From Micavibrio sp. (GTDB lineage: Bacteria; Pseudomonadota; Alphaproteobacteria; UBA9219): a stretch of DNA of 64,000 nucleotides. Within the stretch, counting starts at the first letter, position 1; every line of letters begins with the position of its first letter. The stretch lies in NCBI GenBank assembly GCA_020718105.1, contig DYDA01000006.1, positions 5,442-69,441 on the forward strand. Direction: 5' to 3'. A program made the position numbers and the translations under genes. A model generated the notes under the pieces. That model was given only the letters and a program-made list of their open reading frames with translations, was not told the origin of the DNA and did no database searches. This document shows, in pieces, positions 30,018-39,043 of the stretch.

Positions 30018-30293
30018 TCAGGCCTTTGCCAAAGAAATTTTCTTAACGGCCTTTGCCAAACGCGATGTTTTGCGAGCCGCCGTCTTACGATGCAACGTGC
30101 CCTTACCTGCCGCTTTAGCCAAAGCTGATTCAGCAACGCGAAGAGTCGCAACAGCCTTCTCAGGCTCCTTACCGGTAATCGCTTTTTCAACAGCTTTCGT
30201 CAGTGTGCGCACTTTGGCACGACGCGAGCGGTTCAGCTCATTGTTCTTAACAGTTTGACGCGCACGCTTGGCGGCGGATTTATGATTAGCCAT
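30018..30293 (-). CDS. rpsT: 30S ribosomal protein S20
   Basis: MANHKSAAKRARQTVK N-terminus; 91 aa. Confidence 0.95.
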   Translation of the reverse strand: MANHKSAAKRARQTVKNNELNRSRRAKVRTLTKAVEKAITGKEPEKAVATLRVAESALAKAAGKGTLHRKTAARKTSRLAKAVKKISLAKA

Positions 30294-30460
30294 CGTTGTT
30301 CCTTATGGGTTCTTTATCTTCTCTTTTGGAAGGCGCATTCATACGCGGGCATCCCTATGAGGTCAAGAGACAATATCCACAATCCCGCTGACCCGTCAAT
30401 AATTCTTATTTTGTTAAGCATAGAAGGATAGCGTTAACGCCCAAGGTTTATTTCACAGGG

Positions 30461-31159
30461 TTAAAGCCACCGTCCAAGGCAACGCCCCACAACGCCGCCA
30501 AGGGTTTCAATTTGTTCCGTTGCCAAATCCGTGGCGTAATGCATGGGATCGGTATGCCCAAGAGCCAAAAGCCCGTGCGGCAACCCTTCGCGTATGACAA
30601 GACGCACAAGCGCTTGCGAGCGAATGTTCGGTGCTGTATCGCCGTATAAGTCCTCAAGCCCGTAAGGCACTTCTTCTAGCATCACGTCGCGGCCATTGAT
30701 CCAGCGGTTAACCACGCCCGGCGGAACGACTTTTAGGCCATCATAATCACCGACATCCAGCCAGCCCCCTGCCTCTAGAAAAAAGCCAACGGCTTCTTGA
30801 TCCAGCAGCGCGGCAAAGTCATGGCCGATCAGGCTCAACGTCGCGGTGAAATCGGGCGCATCCATTAAAGCAAGGATCGCCGCGTTCATACGGTCTTGGC
30901 GTTGCAGATTTTCTTGTAAAAGATCGATTAAATCCTCGTGCTCAGCTTTCAAGTCGTCATAGTCTTCTTGAAGCCTTGCCGTGCGGTAATGCTGAAAATC
31001 CTGCACGCCGTTTCCGGTGCGTAGCTCTGGCGAGACAAGCTCTTCCATCAGGTCAGCGTTATCGACCAGAAAATCGGGATTCTCCATCAAAAAACCGCGC
31101 ACGTTTTCTGGCGTAAGACCAGCGACAGCAAGATAAGGGCGCTTTGATGAAGAATCCAT
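30461..31159 (-). CDS. DUF484-family (GAF-like) protein
   Basis: DUF484-like N-terminal region (ENPDFL...); 232 aa. Confidence 0.7.
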   Translation of the reverse strand: MDSSSKRPYLAVAGLTPENVRGFLMENPDFLVDNADLMEELVSPELRTGNGVQDFQHYRTARLQEDYDDLKAEHEDLIDLLQENLQRQDRMNAAILALMDAPDFTATLSLIGHDFAALLDQEAVGFFLEAGGWLDVGDYDGLKVVPPGVVNRWINGRDVMLEEVPYGLEDLYGDTAPNIRSQALVRLVIREGLPHGLLALGHTDPMHYATDLATEQIETLGGVVGRCLGRWL

Positions 31160-31171
31160 AGGTGTTACCCG

Positions 31172-31834
31172 TTACACAGGAATGGTTTGACCGGTTTTCT
31201 TCCAGTCCTCAACAAATTGGGCCAAGCCTTTGTCGGTCAAAGGATGCTTAAAAAGCTGGCGGATCACAGACGGCGGGATGGTGGCCACGTCCGCGCCCAT
31301 TCTGGCCGCGTCAACCACATGCATGGGCGAACGCACCGAGGCGACCAGCACTTGCGTATCGAAAGAGGAATAAGCGCCATAAATCGCGCAAATATCAGCG
31401 ATCAAATCCATACCGCTTTGGCCAATATCGTCAAGCCGCCCAACGAAAGGCGAGACGAACGTCGCCCCCGCCTTGGCCGCCAAAATAGCTTGCGCCGCAG
31501 AAAAGCAAAGCGTCACATTCACCATCGTGCCATTGCTGGACAGGTTCTTACAGACCTTAAGGCCAGCGGGCGTCAAAGGAACCTTGACCGCGATGTTGTC
31601 CGCAATCTTGGCCAATGTTTGGGCTTCACCCATCATGGTGGCATAATCGGTTGAGGCCACCTCGGCGCTCACGGGGCCTTCAACGATAGCCGTGATCTCG
31701 CGGATCAATTCGATAAAGTTGCTGTGCCCTGACTTTGCGACCAGCGAGGGATTGGTTGTCACCCCATCCAGAAGGCCTGTTGCAGCCAGCTCTTTTATTT
31801 CTGACAAATCGGCGGTATCAACAAAAAACTTCAT
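31172..31834 (-). CDS. fructose-6-phosphate aldolase / transaldolase (Fsa/TalC subfamily)
   Basis: [15 protein letters not shown]...GVTTNPSL transaldolase motif; short 220-aa form. Confidence 0.85.
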   Translation of the reverse strand: MKFFVDTADLSEIKELAATGLLDGVTTNPSLVAKSGHSNFIELIREITAIVEGPVSAEVASTDYATMMGEAQTLAKIADNIAVKVPLTPAGLKVCKNLSSNGTMVNVTLCFSAAQAILAAKAGATFVSPFVGRLDDIGQSGMDLIADICAIYGAYSSFDTQVLVASVRSPMHVVDAARMGADVATIPPSVIRQLFKHPLTDKGLAQFVEDWKKTGQTIPV

Positions 31835-31889
31835 AAGCTTTAAACTCCTTGGGGTACGATTCGAGACGATGGATGGGACAGTCTAACCA

Positions 31890-33902
31890 ATGAACAGCCC
31901 AGATGCCAAGCCTTCAAAAAACTTAAAACCAGAAACTGTTCGGGTCTTACTGCCCTTGCCGTTGGGCGATGGGTATGATTACCTTATTCCGTTCGATCTT
32001 TCCATCCCCCAAGGTTCCTTTGTGATGGTTCCTTTGGGACGTAAGGAAGGTGTTATCGGCATCGTGTGGGGCGAAGGGAGCGGAAATGTTGACCCCCGCA
32101 AGCTTAAGTCTATCACCTCCGTCCTTGATCTAGCGCCCCTAGACGAGACAACACGGCGTTTTGTCGATTGGGTCTCAAGCTATACGCTCACCCCCGCGGG
32201 ATTGATCCTCAAGATGGTTTTGGGCGGGCAGCTGCGCCCGCTTAAGGAAAAGGACAAAGTGCCGGACACGTTGCCTGATCCGACCTTTGCAACGCCTACT
32301 CTTAGCCCCGAACAAGCAAGCGCCGCCGCCGCGCTTAACACCGCCGTCAAAGACAGCGCCTTTTCCGTGACTCTTCTTGACGGCGTGACAGGTTCTGGCA
32401 AAACAGAAGTTTATAGCGAGGCGTTAGCACAATGCTTTAAAGACGATCGGCAAGCCCTTCTCCTGTTGCCTGAAATTGCCATGACGGCGGCGCTGTTTTC
32501 ACGGCTGGAGGCTCGGTTCGGTCTGCCGCCAACGCTGTGGCATTCTGGCCTGACCGAAAAGCAGCGCCGCCTGAACTGGCACGCGATTAAGCAAGGCAAG
32601 GCGCGGTTTATCTTGGGGGCGCGCTCTGCCCTCTTCTTGCCCTATGCTAACCTTGGTCTGATCGTTGTCGATGAAGAGCATGAGGGCGCGTACAAACAAG
32701 AGGAAGGCGTTATCTATCACGGGCGCGATATGGCCGTGGTGCGGGCGAGGCTTGGCTCTATTCCGGTTGTGCTGGCTTCGGCCACGCCATCACTGGAGAC
32801 GCTGCACAACGTCCAAAAAGGCAAATACCGCCATTTGATTTTGAGCCGCCGTTTTGGTGAGGCGACAATGCCCGCCATTCGGATTGTTGATCTGCGGCAT
32901 GAGAAAATGCCGACGCAAAGTTTTATCAGTGATCCTCTTTTGCAAGCATTGCAAGGCGCTTTGGAAAACGGCCAGCAATCTATGCTTTTCCTGAACCGGC
33001 GAGGCTATGCGCCGCTGACACTGTGCCGCGCCTGTGGGCTTCGTTTGCAATGCCCGTCTTGCACCAGCTGGATGATTGAGCATAAACGAACAAACCGCCT
33101 GCACTGCCACCAATGCGGCTATAGCATGACGATTCCCAAGGCTTGCCCAACGTGCGGCGCAGAGGATAAATTCGCCGCCTGCGGCCCAGGCATAGAGCGC
33201 ATTGCCGAGGAAATCGCAGCGCGGCTGCCAGACGCCCGCACCGCCATTATGGCCAGCGATACTATTGCCGATGCAAAGGCCGCACAAGCCATGGTCACTC
33301 AAATGGACGATCATGCCATAGACCTTTTGATCGGCACGCAAATCATGGCCAAGGGCTATCACTTTCCACGCCTAACGGTTGTGGGCGTGATCGATGCCGA
33401 CCTTGGGCTTGCGGGCGGTGATCCCCGCGCAGCGGAAAGGACGTTTCAGCTTTTGCAACAAGTGGCAGGACGCAGCGGCCGCGCAGAGGACGCGGGAACG
33501 GTCTATTTGCAAACAACCAACCCTGACCATCCCGTAATGCAAGCGCTGATCAAGGGTGAGCGCGATGCCTTTATGCAAGCCGAAATGCGAGAGCGGAAAA
33601 ACTATCATCTACCGCCCTTTGGCCGCCTTGCAAGCTTGACGATTACGGGCGCGGATAAAGGGCAAGTGATCGATACGGCTCGCCAAATTGCTGCCGCCGC
33701 GCCTCAGGACAAAGGCATGAGAATCCTTGGCCCCGCGCCCGCGCCGTTTGCTCTTTTACGGGGGAAGCATCGTTATCGCTTGATGGTGCAAGCAGGCAAA
33801 GGCGTTTCTCTTTCCAGCGCGATTGGCGCATGGCTTGCGCCGCTTTCCCTGCCCCGCACCATCAAGGTGCAAGTGGACATCGATCCCTATAGCTTTTTGT
33901 AA
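31890..33902 (+). CDS. priA: primosomal protein N' (PriA helicase)
   Basis: Walker A GVTGSGKTEVY, DEEH box, two CxxC zinc-finger pairs (CRACG...CPSC...CHQCG...CPTCG); 670 aa. Confidence 0.9.
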   Translation: MNSPDAKPSKNLKPETVRVLLPLPLGDGYDYLIPFDLSIPQGSFVMVPLGRKEGVIGIVWGEGSGNVDPRKLKSITSVLDLAPLDETTRRFVDWVSSYTLTPAGLILKMVLGGQLRPLKEKDKVPDTLPDPTFATPTLSPEQASAAAALNTAVKDSAFSVTLLDGVTGSGKTEVYSEALAQCFKDDRQALLLLPEIAMTAALFSRLEARFGLPPTLWHSGLTEKQRRLNWHAIKQGKARFILGARSALFLPYANLGLIVVDEEHEGAYKQEEGVIYHGRDMAVVRARLGSIPVVLASATPSLETLHNVQKGKYRHLILSRRFGEATMPAIRIVDLRHEKMPTQSFISDPLLQALQGALENGQQSMLFLNRRGYAPLTLCRACGLRLQCPSCTSWMIEHKRTNRLHCHQCGYSMTIPKACPTCGAEDKFAACGPGIERIAEEIAARLPDARTAIMASDTIADAKAAQAMVTQMDDHAIDLLIGTQIMAKGYHFPRLTVVGVIDADLGLAGGDPRAAERTFQLLQQVAGRSGRAEDAGTVYLQTTNPDHPVMQALIKGERDAFMQAEMRERKNYHLPPFGRLASLTITGADKGQVIDTARQIAAAAPQDKGMRILGPAPAPFALLRGKHRYRLMVQAGKGVSLSSAIGAWLAPLSLPRTIKVQVDIDPYSFL

Positions 33903-33923
33903 GGCGATAACCTCACACCCCTT

Positions 33924-35393
33924 TTACGGATAAACGCGCAGAGCCTTGATCGTGCCATCGGGCAGCTTGACGCGAAGCTTTGAGGCCTTCGCATCCGCCG
34001 TCGCGACAGTCGCAAGATGAACAGTCTTATTCACACCACCAATTTTATTATAGAGTCTGACTTGAGATGTTCCCGTTGTCTTAGCGGCAATGCTTATTGT
34101 GCCGCTAGTTCCCCGATACCGAAGGCCACTGTCACTAAAACAGGAAGAATCCGATTGATAATAACGACCATAATTGCCCGTTGGAACAACCCCCGTCAGT
34201 GAACAATAAAAGGCCTTCAGCGTCCCCGCATTAACCCCGTCGTTGTTGCTTCCGCGACCATTGAGGGTTGCGCCGCCTGTCACAGATAACGTATCCGCTT
34301 TCAACAACAAACCGCCCCCAGCGCCATTACCGCCCGCACCACCATTGCCACCTTGATGGCTTTCAGAGGTTCTAGGATCAATAGCAACGCCCCAACAATC
34401 TCTAGTAGGCCCCCCCATCGCACAAATTCCAGTAATCTGGGCGGTCCTTACATAATACCCCCAAACACCAACAGCGCCTGATCCCGATGCGTTTATAGAT
34501 GCATTGCCGCCAGCTCCGCCAGAACCATTCAAATCGCACTGCAAACTCGTTCCGGCATGACCATCACTTCCCGCGCCGCCATTACCGCCACCTAATCCGT
34601 TCGTTTGGATAGTGCCCGATACTGTCAATGCGTTTGATGCAATCAGCGCAATAAACCCGCCACCTGAACCACCTGCGCCGCCGCCGCCCGATCCGCCAAT
34701 ACTGCTATACATCCATTCACGGGCGCTTGCGCCGCCACCGCCGCCGCCGCCGCCTGATCCCATACGCAAGGAAGTATTCGTTGAGCCATCGCCCTGTCCT
34801 CCGGCAATGGCATAGCCGCCCCTGCCGCCCATATTTCCATTAAGCCGCTCACCTTCCCCTATATCGCGCGTTTGAATCGCTACCGCTCCAACCCCGCCAA
34901 AGCTTCCACCACCACCTCCACCAGCCCCACCGATGGAGTAACCATTGACACCAAATCCTTTTGTTCCAAGCGTTCCATTCGCTCCGCCGCGTGTGCCTGC
35001 CCCTGCGGCTCCGTTTGTATAAGGACGACAAGGAATGGGAGGAGCCCCGTTTGCTTGAGCCCCAACACCACCGCCGCCGCCGCCGCCACCACCATAACCT
35101 GCGCCAGCCGCTGTCAGTGTGCCTGCAACCGTGATGTTCGTGGCATTAATGGTCACATTGCCATAGTTGGCTCCATTCCATGGCTCAACGAAAATGGTTT
35201 TGCCTCCATCCACGGTAAATGTCCCAATATTGGTGTGATTGCCCGCAATCCTGACGTTATTTGAAGGCGTCCAATTTGCCCCGCTATGATCGCCACCACC
35301 AAGATTAGTCCACGCCGCCCAAGCCTCCCCCGCCGGCATCATCGCTGCGGCAAGAGAAGCTGTCAAAAGCCATGTATAGAATGCTTTTTTCAT
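33924..35393 (-). CDS. secreted glycine-rich repetitive protein (function unknown)
   Basis: Signal peptide MKKAFYTWLLTASLAAAMMPAGEAWA; many GGxGG / poly-Gly runs encoded by (GGC)n-like tracts; 489 aa. Confidence 0.7.
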   Translation of the reverse strand: MKKAFYTWLLTASLAAAMMPAGEAWAAWTNLGGGDHSGANWTPSNNVRIAGNHTNIGTFTVDGGKTIFVEPWNGANYGNVTINATNITVAGTLTAAGAGYGGGGGGGGGVGAQANGAPPIPCRPYTNGAAGAGTRGGANGTLGTKGFGVNGYSIGGAGGGGGGSFGGVGAVAIQTRDIGEGERLNGNMGGRGGYAIAGGQGDGSTNTSLRMGSGGGGGGGGASAREWMYSSIGGSGGGGAGGSGGGFIALIASNALTVSGTIQTNGLGGGNGGAGSDGHAGTSLQCDLNGSGGAGGNASINASGSGAVGVWGYYVRTAQITGICAMGGPTRDCWGVAIDPRTSESHQGGNGGAGGNGAGGGLLLKADTLSVTGGATLNGRGSNNDGVNAGTLKAFYCSLTGVVPTGNYGRYYQSDSSCFSDSGLRYRGTSGTISIAAKTTGTSQVRLYNKIGGVNKTVHLATVATADAKASKLRVKLPDGTIKALRVYP

Positions 35394-35394
35394 G

Positions 35395-35808
35395 TTAAGG
35401 GCTCACAACCCAGATTTGACCAAGGGCAGGTGAAGACGGATTGACGGCCACGGGCGGTATTACAAGCCCGCCTGTTGTCTTTGTCAGCCCCGTAATGGTT
35501 GCCGCATTGTTAATTGTCGTTGCGCCACTAATCGTTGTAGCGCCGCCGATGGATAGGGTAGCATTGATTGCGTCAGAAGCTCCCAATCCCACAATGATTC
35601 CAGGCGCGCATTTAATGGGGCCATTCCCATTCCATACTAAAACGCGTTGTCCGCCAGCATCACATTTTGTAGTATTACTTTCAACTTTTGTTGGTGGCAG
35701 CATCTGCATAGTAGTAGGCCCCGCGACCGCTGCCTGCGCAACGCACGGCGCAAGCGCCATCATGACAAAGGCGATGACCCACAAAAAACGAACAGATACG
35801 AAACGCAT
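35395..35808 (-). CDS. small secreted Gly/Thr/Ala-rich protein (function unknown)
   Basis: Start ATG 35808 with RBS GAGGGGGA; signal peptide; 2-nt gap to the downstream glycine-rich gene (likely one operon). Confidence 0.55.
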   Translation of the reverse strand: MRFVSVRFLWVIAFVMMALAPCVAQAAVAGPTTMQMLPPTKVESNTTKCDAGGQRVLVWNGNGPIKCAPGIIVGLGASDAINATLSIGGATTISGATTINNAATITGLTKTTGGLVIPPVAVNPSSPALGQIWVVSP

Positions 35809-36132
35809 GATATCCCCCTCGGTTAAGGCAAATAAATTCCCATACTTAATTATAAAAAGCATTTATTAATAAAGGATTAATTATTAATATACTCTATCGT
35901 AATTCCAGACTATTGGAGGGGGCATGATGGCAATGAGGACACAATAAAAAGGCCGGAGCCGACAGCTTATGATGACGCCGTTCTGGAAAGCCTTTTTATT
36001 ATGTCCCCTCCCCTAAAAGAAAAGCAAAATTGGCGAACGAGCGCGTTGACAGACATAATTTTCTATGCCACAGGACTACGCCTTCGAAATGAACTATTTT
36101 TGACTCATCAATTCAGAGCAGGGAGACTTAAC

Positions 36133-36459
36133 GTGGCGAAAGCAGAGTGGGGTTTAAAAAGGATTTGTCCGCATTGCGGCACACGCTATTACGATATGAA
36201 AAAGAATCCGCCCGTGTGCCCAAGCTGTGGAACGGTTTTTGATCCTGAAACGCTGACAAAGTCACGGCGCACACGTGCGGCCGCCGAGGAAAAAACGCGC
36301 AAGACCACCGCCGCACCAGAAGAAATTGATGACATCCCCGTTGCTTCGGATGAAGCGGATGATGTGGTGATTGAAGATATTGACGAACTGGGCGAAGACG
36401 AAGTCGATGTTGATGATGTTGTTGATGTCGCCACAGACGATGAAACCGACGCGCGATAA
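36133..36459 (+). CDS. TIGR02300 (FYDLN_acid) family zinc-ribbon protein with acidic tail
   Basis: GTG start giving (M)AKAEWGLKRICPHCGTRYYDMKKNPPVCPSCG; poly-Asp/Glu C-terminus. Confidence 0.7.
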   Translation: MAKAEWGLKRICPHCGTRYYDMKKNPPVCPSCGTVFDPETLTKSRRTRAAAEEKTRKTTAAPEEIDDIPVASDEADDVVIEDIDELGEDEVDVDDVVDVATDDETDAR

Positions 36460-36466
36460 ATCGTTT

Positions 36467-37804
36467 TTAAACAGGCAACCAAACACGGGCGCGAAGCCCC
36501 CCCATGGGGGATTCTTCTAAAGCAACGTCTCCACCATGCGCACGCGCAATATCTCGCGCAATGGTAAGACCAAGGCCAACGCCGCCCGTGTCTTTATTGC
36601 GCGATTCATCAAGCCTCATAAAGGGACGAAAAACGTCCTCACGTTTTTGAAGCGGAATCCCTGTCCCATCGTCATCCACAAAGATATCGATGGCATGATC
36701 GCGAAGGGCTATTGATACAACCACATTTTTTCCATACCGCGCCGCGTTGCCAACCAGATTGCCGATGCAGCGCTTGATGGCATGGGGGCGCAGCATCATA
36801 ACGCAAGGAGCCTCAATCTTAAGCAGTACATGATCGTTTTGCCGCTTCATGCCATCAACAATCTCTTGAAGCAACCCGACCATGTCCACTTGCGTGACGG
36901 CTTCGGCCTCTTCCCCCCGCGCAAAGGCTAAATAAGCCTCCAGCATGTTTTCCATGTCCGCAATATCGGCCTGAAAGCCACGCGTTTGCGCCGTTTCCGC
37001 CATCATGGCCAATTGCAGTTTCATGCGCGTGAGCGGCGTGCGCAAATCGTGAGAGACTCCGGCAAGCATAGCCGTGCGCTGGTTCATGGCGCGGTGAATG
37101 CGATCACGCATGACCATCAGCGCCGCGCTGGCCTGCCGCACCTCGGTTGCGCCTTCCAGCTTGAACCATGGCACGTCTTGGCCTTTGCCAATCGCCTCGG
37201 CGGCCTCAGCCAGACGGCGAACAGGCCGGATTTGACCTTGCATAAACAAAAGAGCGATGCCGGAAAGCAAAATAGAGCTTCCGATCATCCAGCCGATGAA
37301 CACCTCGGTCGTTGGCGTGTAAATGCGGCGTTGCGGCACATAGAACGTGTAAAGGCCTTTGGGAATCTCAACTTGAATCGCAACCATGTCGGGCGCACGG
37401 CGCATATCGATCAGGTGAGGATAACCGACACGCTCATCCAAAGCGCGCCGCAGCATATCGGACAAAGGATTCGCATAACGCTTCACTTGCTTGGGCAAAT
37501 GTTCCTTAGGTTGATAAGAAACCGACAGATCCATTTTTTTATTAGCGACGCGGATCAACGCGTCCTTTTCCTCACTATCCTTCATAAGATCCAGCATCTC
37601 GACAACCATCGAAATATCCGCTGCGACCGCAAGGGTCAGCCGGTTCGTCGTGGTGTACCAATGCCGATCAAAGAAGACAAAGGTGGCGACAATAAGCGCC
37701 AATAAGGTTGGCATAACGATGATTAAAAGAGTCCGGCCAAACAGACTGCTGGGAAGTAATCGTTTAATCCAGCGCATAGGGAAAGGAAGTTTTAGGTTGG
37801 CCAT
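36467..37804 (-). CDS. sensor histidine kinase (EnvZ-like: TM-HAMP-HisKA-HATPase_c)
   Basis: H-box SHDLRTPL, N/G1/G2 boxes (GLGLTIARD); 445 aa. Confidence 0.9.
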   Translation of the reverse strand: MANLKLPFPMRWIKRLLPSSLFGRTLLIIVMPTLLALIVATFVFFDRHWYTTTNRLTLAVAADISMVVEMLDLMKDSEEKDALIRVANKKMDLSVSYQPKEHLPKQVKRYANPLSDMLRRALDERVGYPHLIDMRRAPDMVAIQVEIPKGLYTFYVPQRRIYTPTTEVFIGWMIGSSILLSGIALLFMQGQIRPVRRLAEAAEAIGKGQDVPWFKLEGATEVRQASAALMVMRDRIHRAMNQRTAMLAGVSHDLRTPLTRMKLQLAMMAETAQTRGFQADIADMENMLEAYLAFARGEEAEAVTQVDMVGLLQEIVDGMKRQNDHVLLKIEAPCVMMLRPHAIKRCIGNLVGNAARYGKNVVVSIALRDHAIDIFVDDDGTGIPLQKREDVFRPFMRLDESRNKDTGGVGLGLTIARDIARAHGGDVALEESPMGGLRARVWLPV

Positions 37805-37812
37805 TTTTTCTT

Positions 37813-38538
37813 CTATCCGTTTTCATCTGGCATGAGGCAATACCCCTCGCCGCGCACCGTGATTAAATAGCGCGGGTTGCGCGTATCGCCCTCAATCTTG
37901 CGGCGAAGACGCGTTACCTGCACATCAATCGTGCGATCATTCACGCCGTCTTTGCTCAACTCCCCAAGAAGCTCACGGCTCACAACCGCGCCCGCCTGCG
38001 CCGCCAACACGCGCATAAGGCCCGCCTCTGTGTCTGTCAGGCGAACCGTTTCATCGGGGGAGCAGAGCGCGCCGCGCTTGGCATCATAAATCCATCGCCC
38101 TAAACGAAGGGGCGAAGCGGCAACCGCTTCCTTTTGAGCGCGACGTAAAATGGCGTTAATACGCAAAAGCAACTCACGCGGCTCAAACGGCTTGGTCAAA
38201 TAATCGTCGCCGCCCGTTTCAAACCCCTCGATGCGTTCACTGGCCTCAGCCCTCGCCGTCAAGAAAAGGATCGGAATATCTTTAACGTGCGGCAGCCCCT
38301 TTTTACGCAATGAGCGTGCCAGCTCAAGCCCCGTTTCATCCGGCATCATGATGTCTAAAACCATCAGATCATAGGCCAAAGATTCAAACACGCCACGAGC
38401 CTGCGCCGCGCCCGATGCCGTCGTCACGATAAAACCGTTTTTGCTAAGAAATAAGCGCAACAACTCACGCAGCCGGTCATCATCATCAACGACCAGAATA
38501 TGAGGCTTCGCAGAAGGAGAAAGGAGCTTTTGTATCAT
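37813..38538 (-). CDS. OmpR-family response regulator
   Basis: Receiver (ILVVDDD...D...K) plus winged-helix domain; start set at ATG 38538 in ORF 37813..38574; upstream of kinase. Confidence 0.9.
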   Translation of the reverse strand: MIQKLLSPSAKPHILVVDDDDRLRELLRLFLSKNGFIVTTASGAAQARGVFESLAYDLMVLDIMMPDETGLELARSLRKKGLPHVKDIPILFLTARAEASERIEGFETGGDDYLTKPFEPRELLLRINAILRRAQKEAVAASPLRLGRWIYDAKRGALCSPDETVRLTDTEAGLMRVLAAQAGAVVSRELLGELSKDGVNDRTIDVQVTRLRRKIEGDTRNPRYLITVRGEGYCLMPDENG

Positions 38539-38618
38539 TTTTCCAAGGTTAACACCCCCCACGCTTGACAGCAAAGGGAAAATCCTTCTATCTACCGCCT
38601 CGACTTTTAGTGAGGTTT

Positions 38619-38874
38619 CTGGTTCGATTGTTTTAGTAAGGCGTGGGTGCGTAGCTCAGCGGTAGAGCATTACCTTCACACGGGCTAGAGATTGTGTGTC
38701 ACAGGTAAGGTTCTAAGGGCTATGGTTCAGGCTGTGGTTTGATTGTTTTAGTAAGGCGTGGGTGCGTAGCTCAGCGGTAGAGCATTACCTTCACACGGGC
38801 TAGAGATTGTGTGTCACAGGTAAGGTTCTAAGGGCTATGGTTCAGGCTGTGGTTTGATTGTTTTAGTAAGGCGT
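38619..38874. repeat. tandem array (2.2 copies, 115-bp period); each unit is the first ~39 nt of tRNA-Val plus ~76 nt of non-tRNA sequence
   Basis: gggtgcgtagctcagcggtagagcattaccttcacacgg at 38645 and 38760, each followed by gctagagattgtgtgtcacagg...gtaaggcgtg; intact tRNA starts at 38875. Confidence 0.85.
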
Positions 38875-38949
38875 GGGTGCGTAGCTCAGCGGTAGAGCAT
38901 TACCTTCACACGGTAGGGGTCACAGGTTCAATCCCTGTCGCACCCACCA
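38875..38949 (+). tRNA. tRNA-Val (anticodon CAC), CCA encoded
   Basis: Acceptor gggtgcg/cgcaccc, anticodon loop ttCACac, T-arm acaggttcaatccctgt; 75 nt. Confidence 0.85.
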
Positions 38950-39043
38950 CGCTTTTCAAGGGGTTAGCGATTTTGTAACCAGCTCAAAACATTACAGCTG
39001 TAATGTTTGATTATGGATGCGCGGCCACACGTGAGCACTCCAT

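Noticed and set aside
36467-38538. Naming the two-component pair envZ/ompR
   Set aside because: Domain architecture fits OmpR-family regulation, but orthology to envZ/ompR specifically cannot be established from sequence inspection alone. Left without gene symbols.
38619-38949. Possible CRISPR array, or a group I intron in tRNA-Val
   Set aside because: The repeat unit is 115 bp and contains a tRNA 5' half, so it has no short direct repeats with unique spacers and no cas genes. The 76-nt insert is far too short for a group I intron, and it duplicates the 5' exon rather than interrupting one gene.
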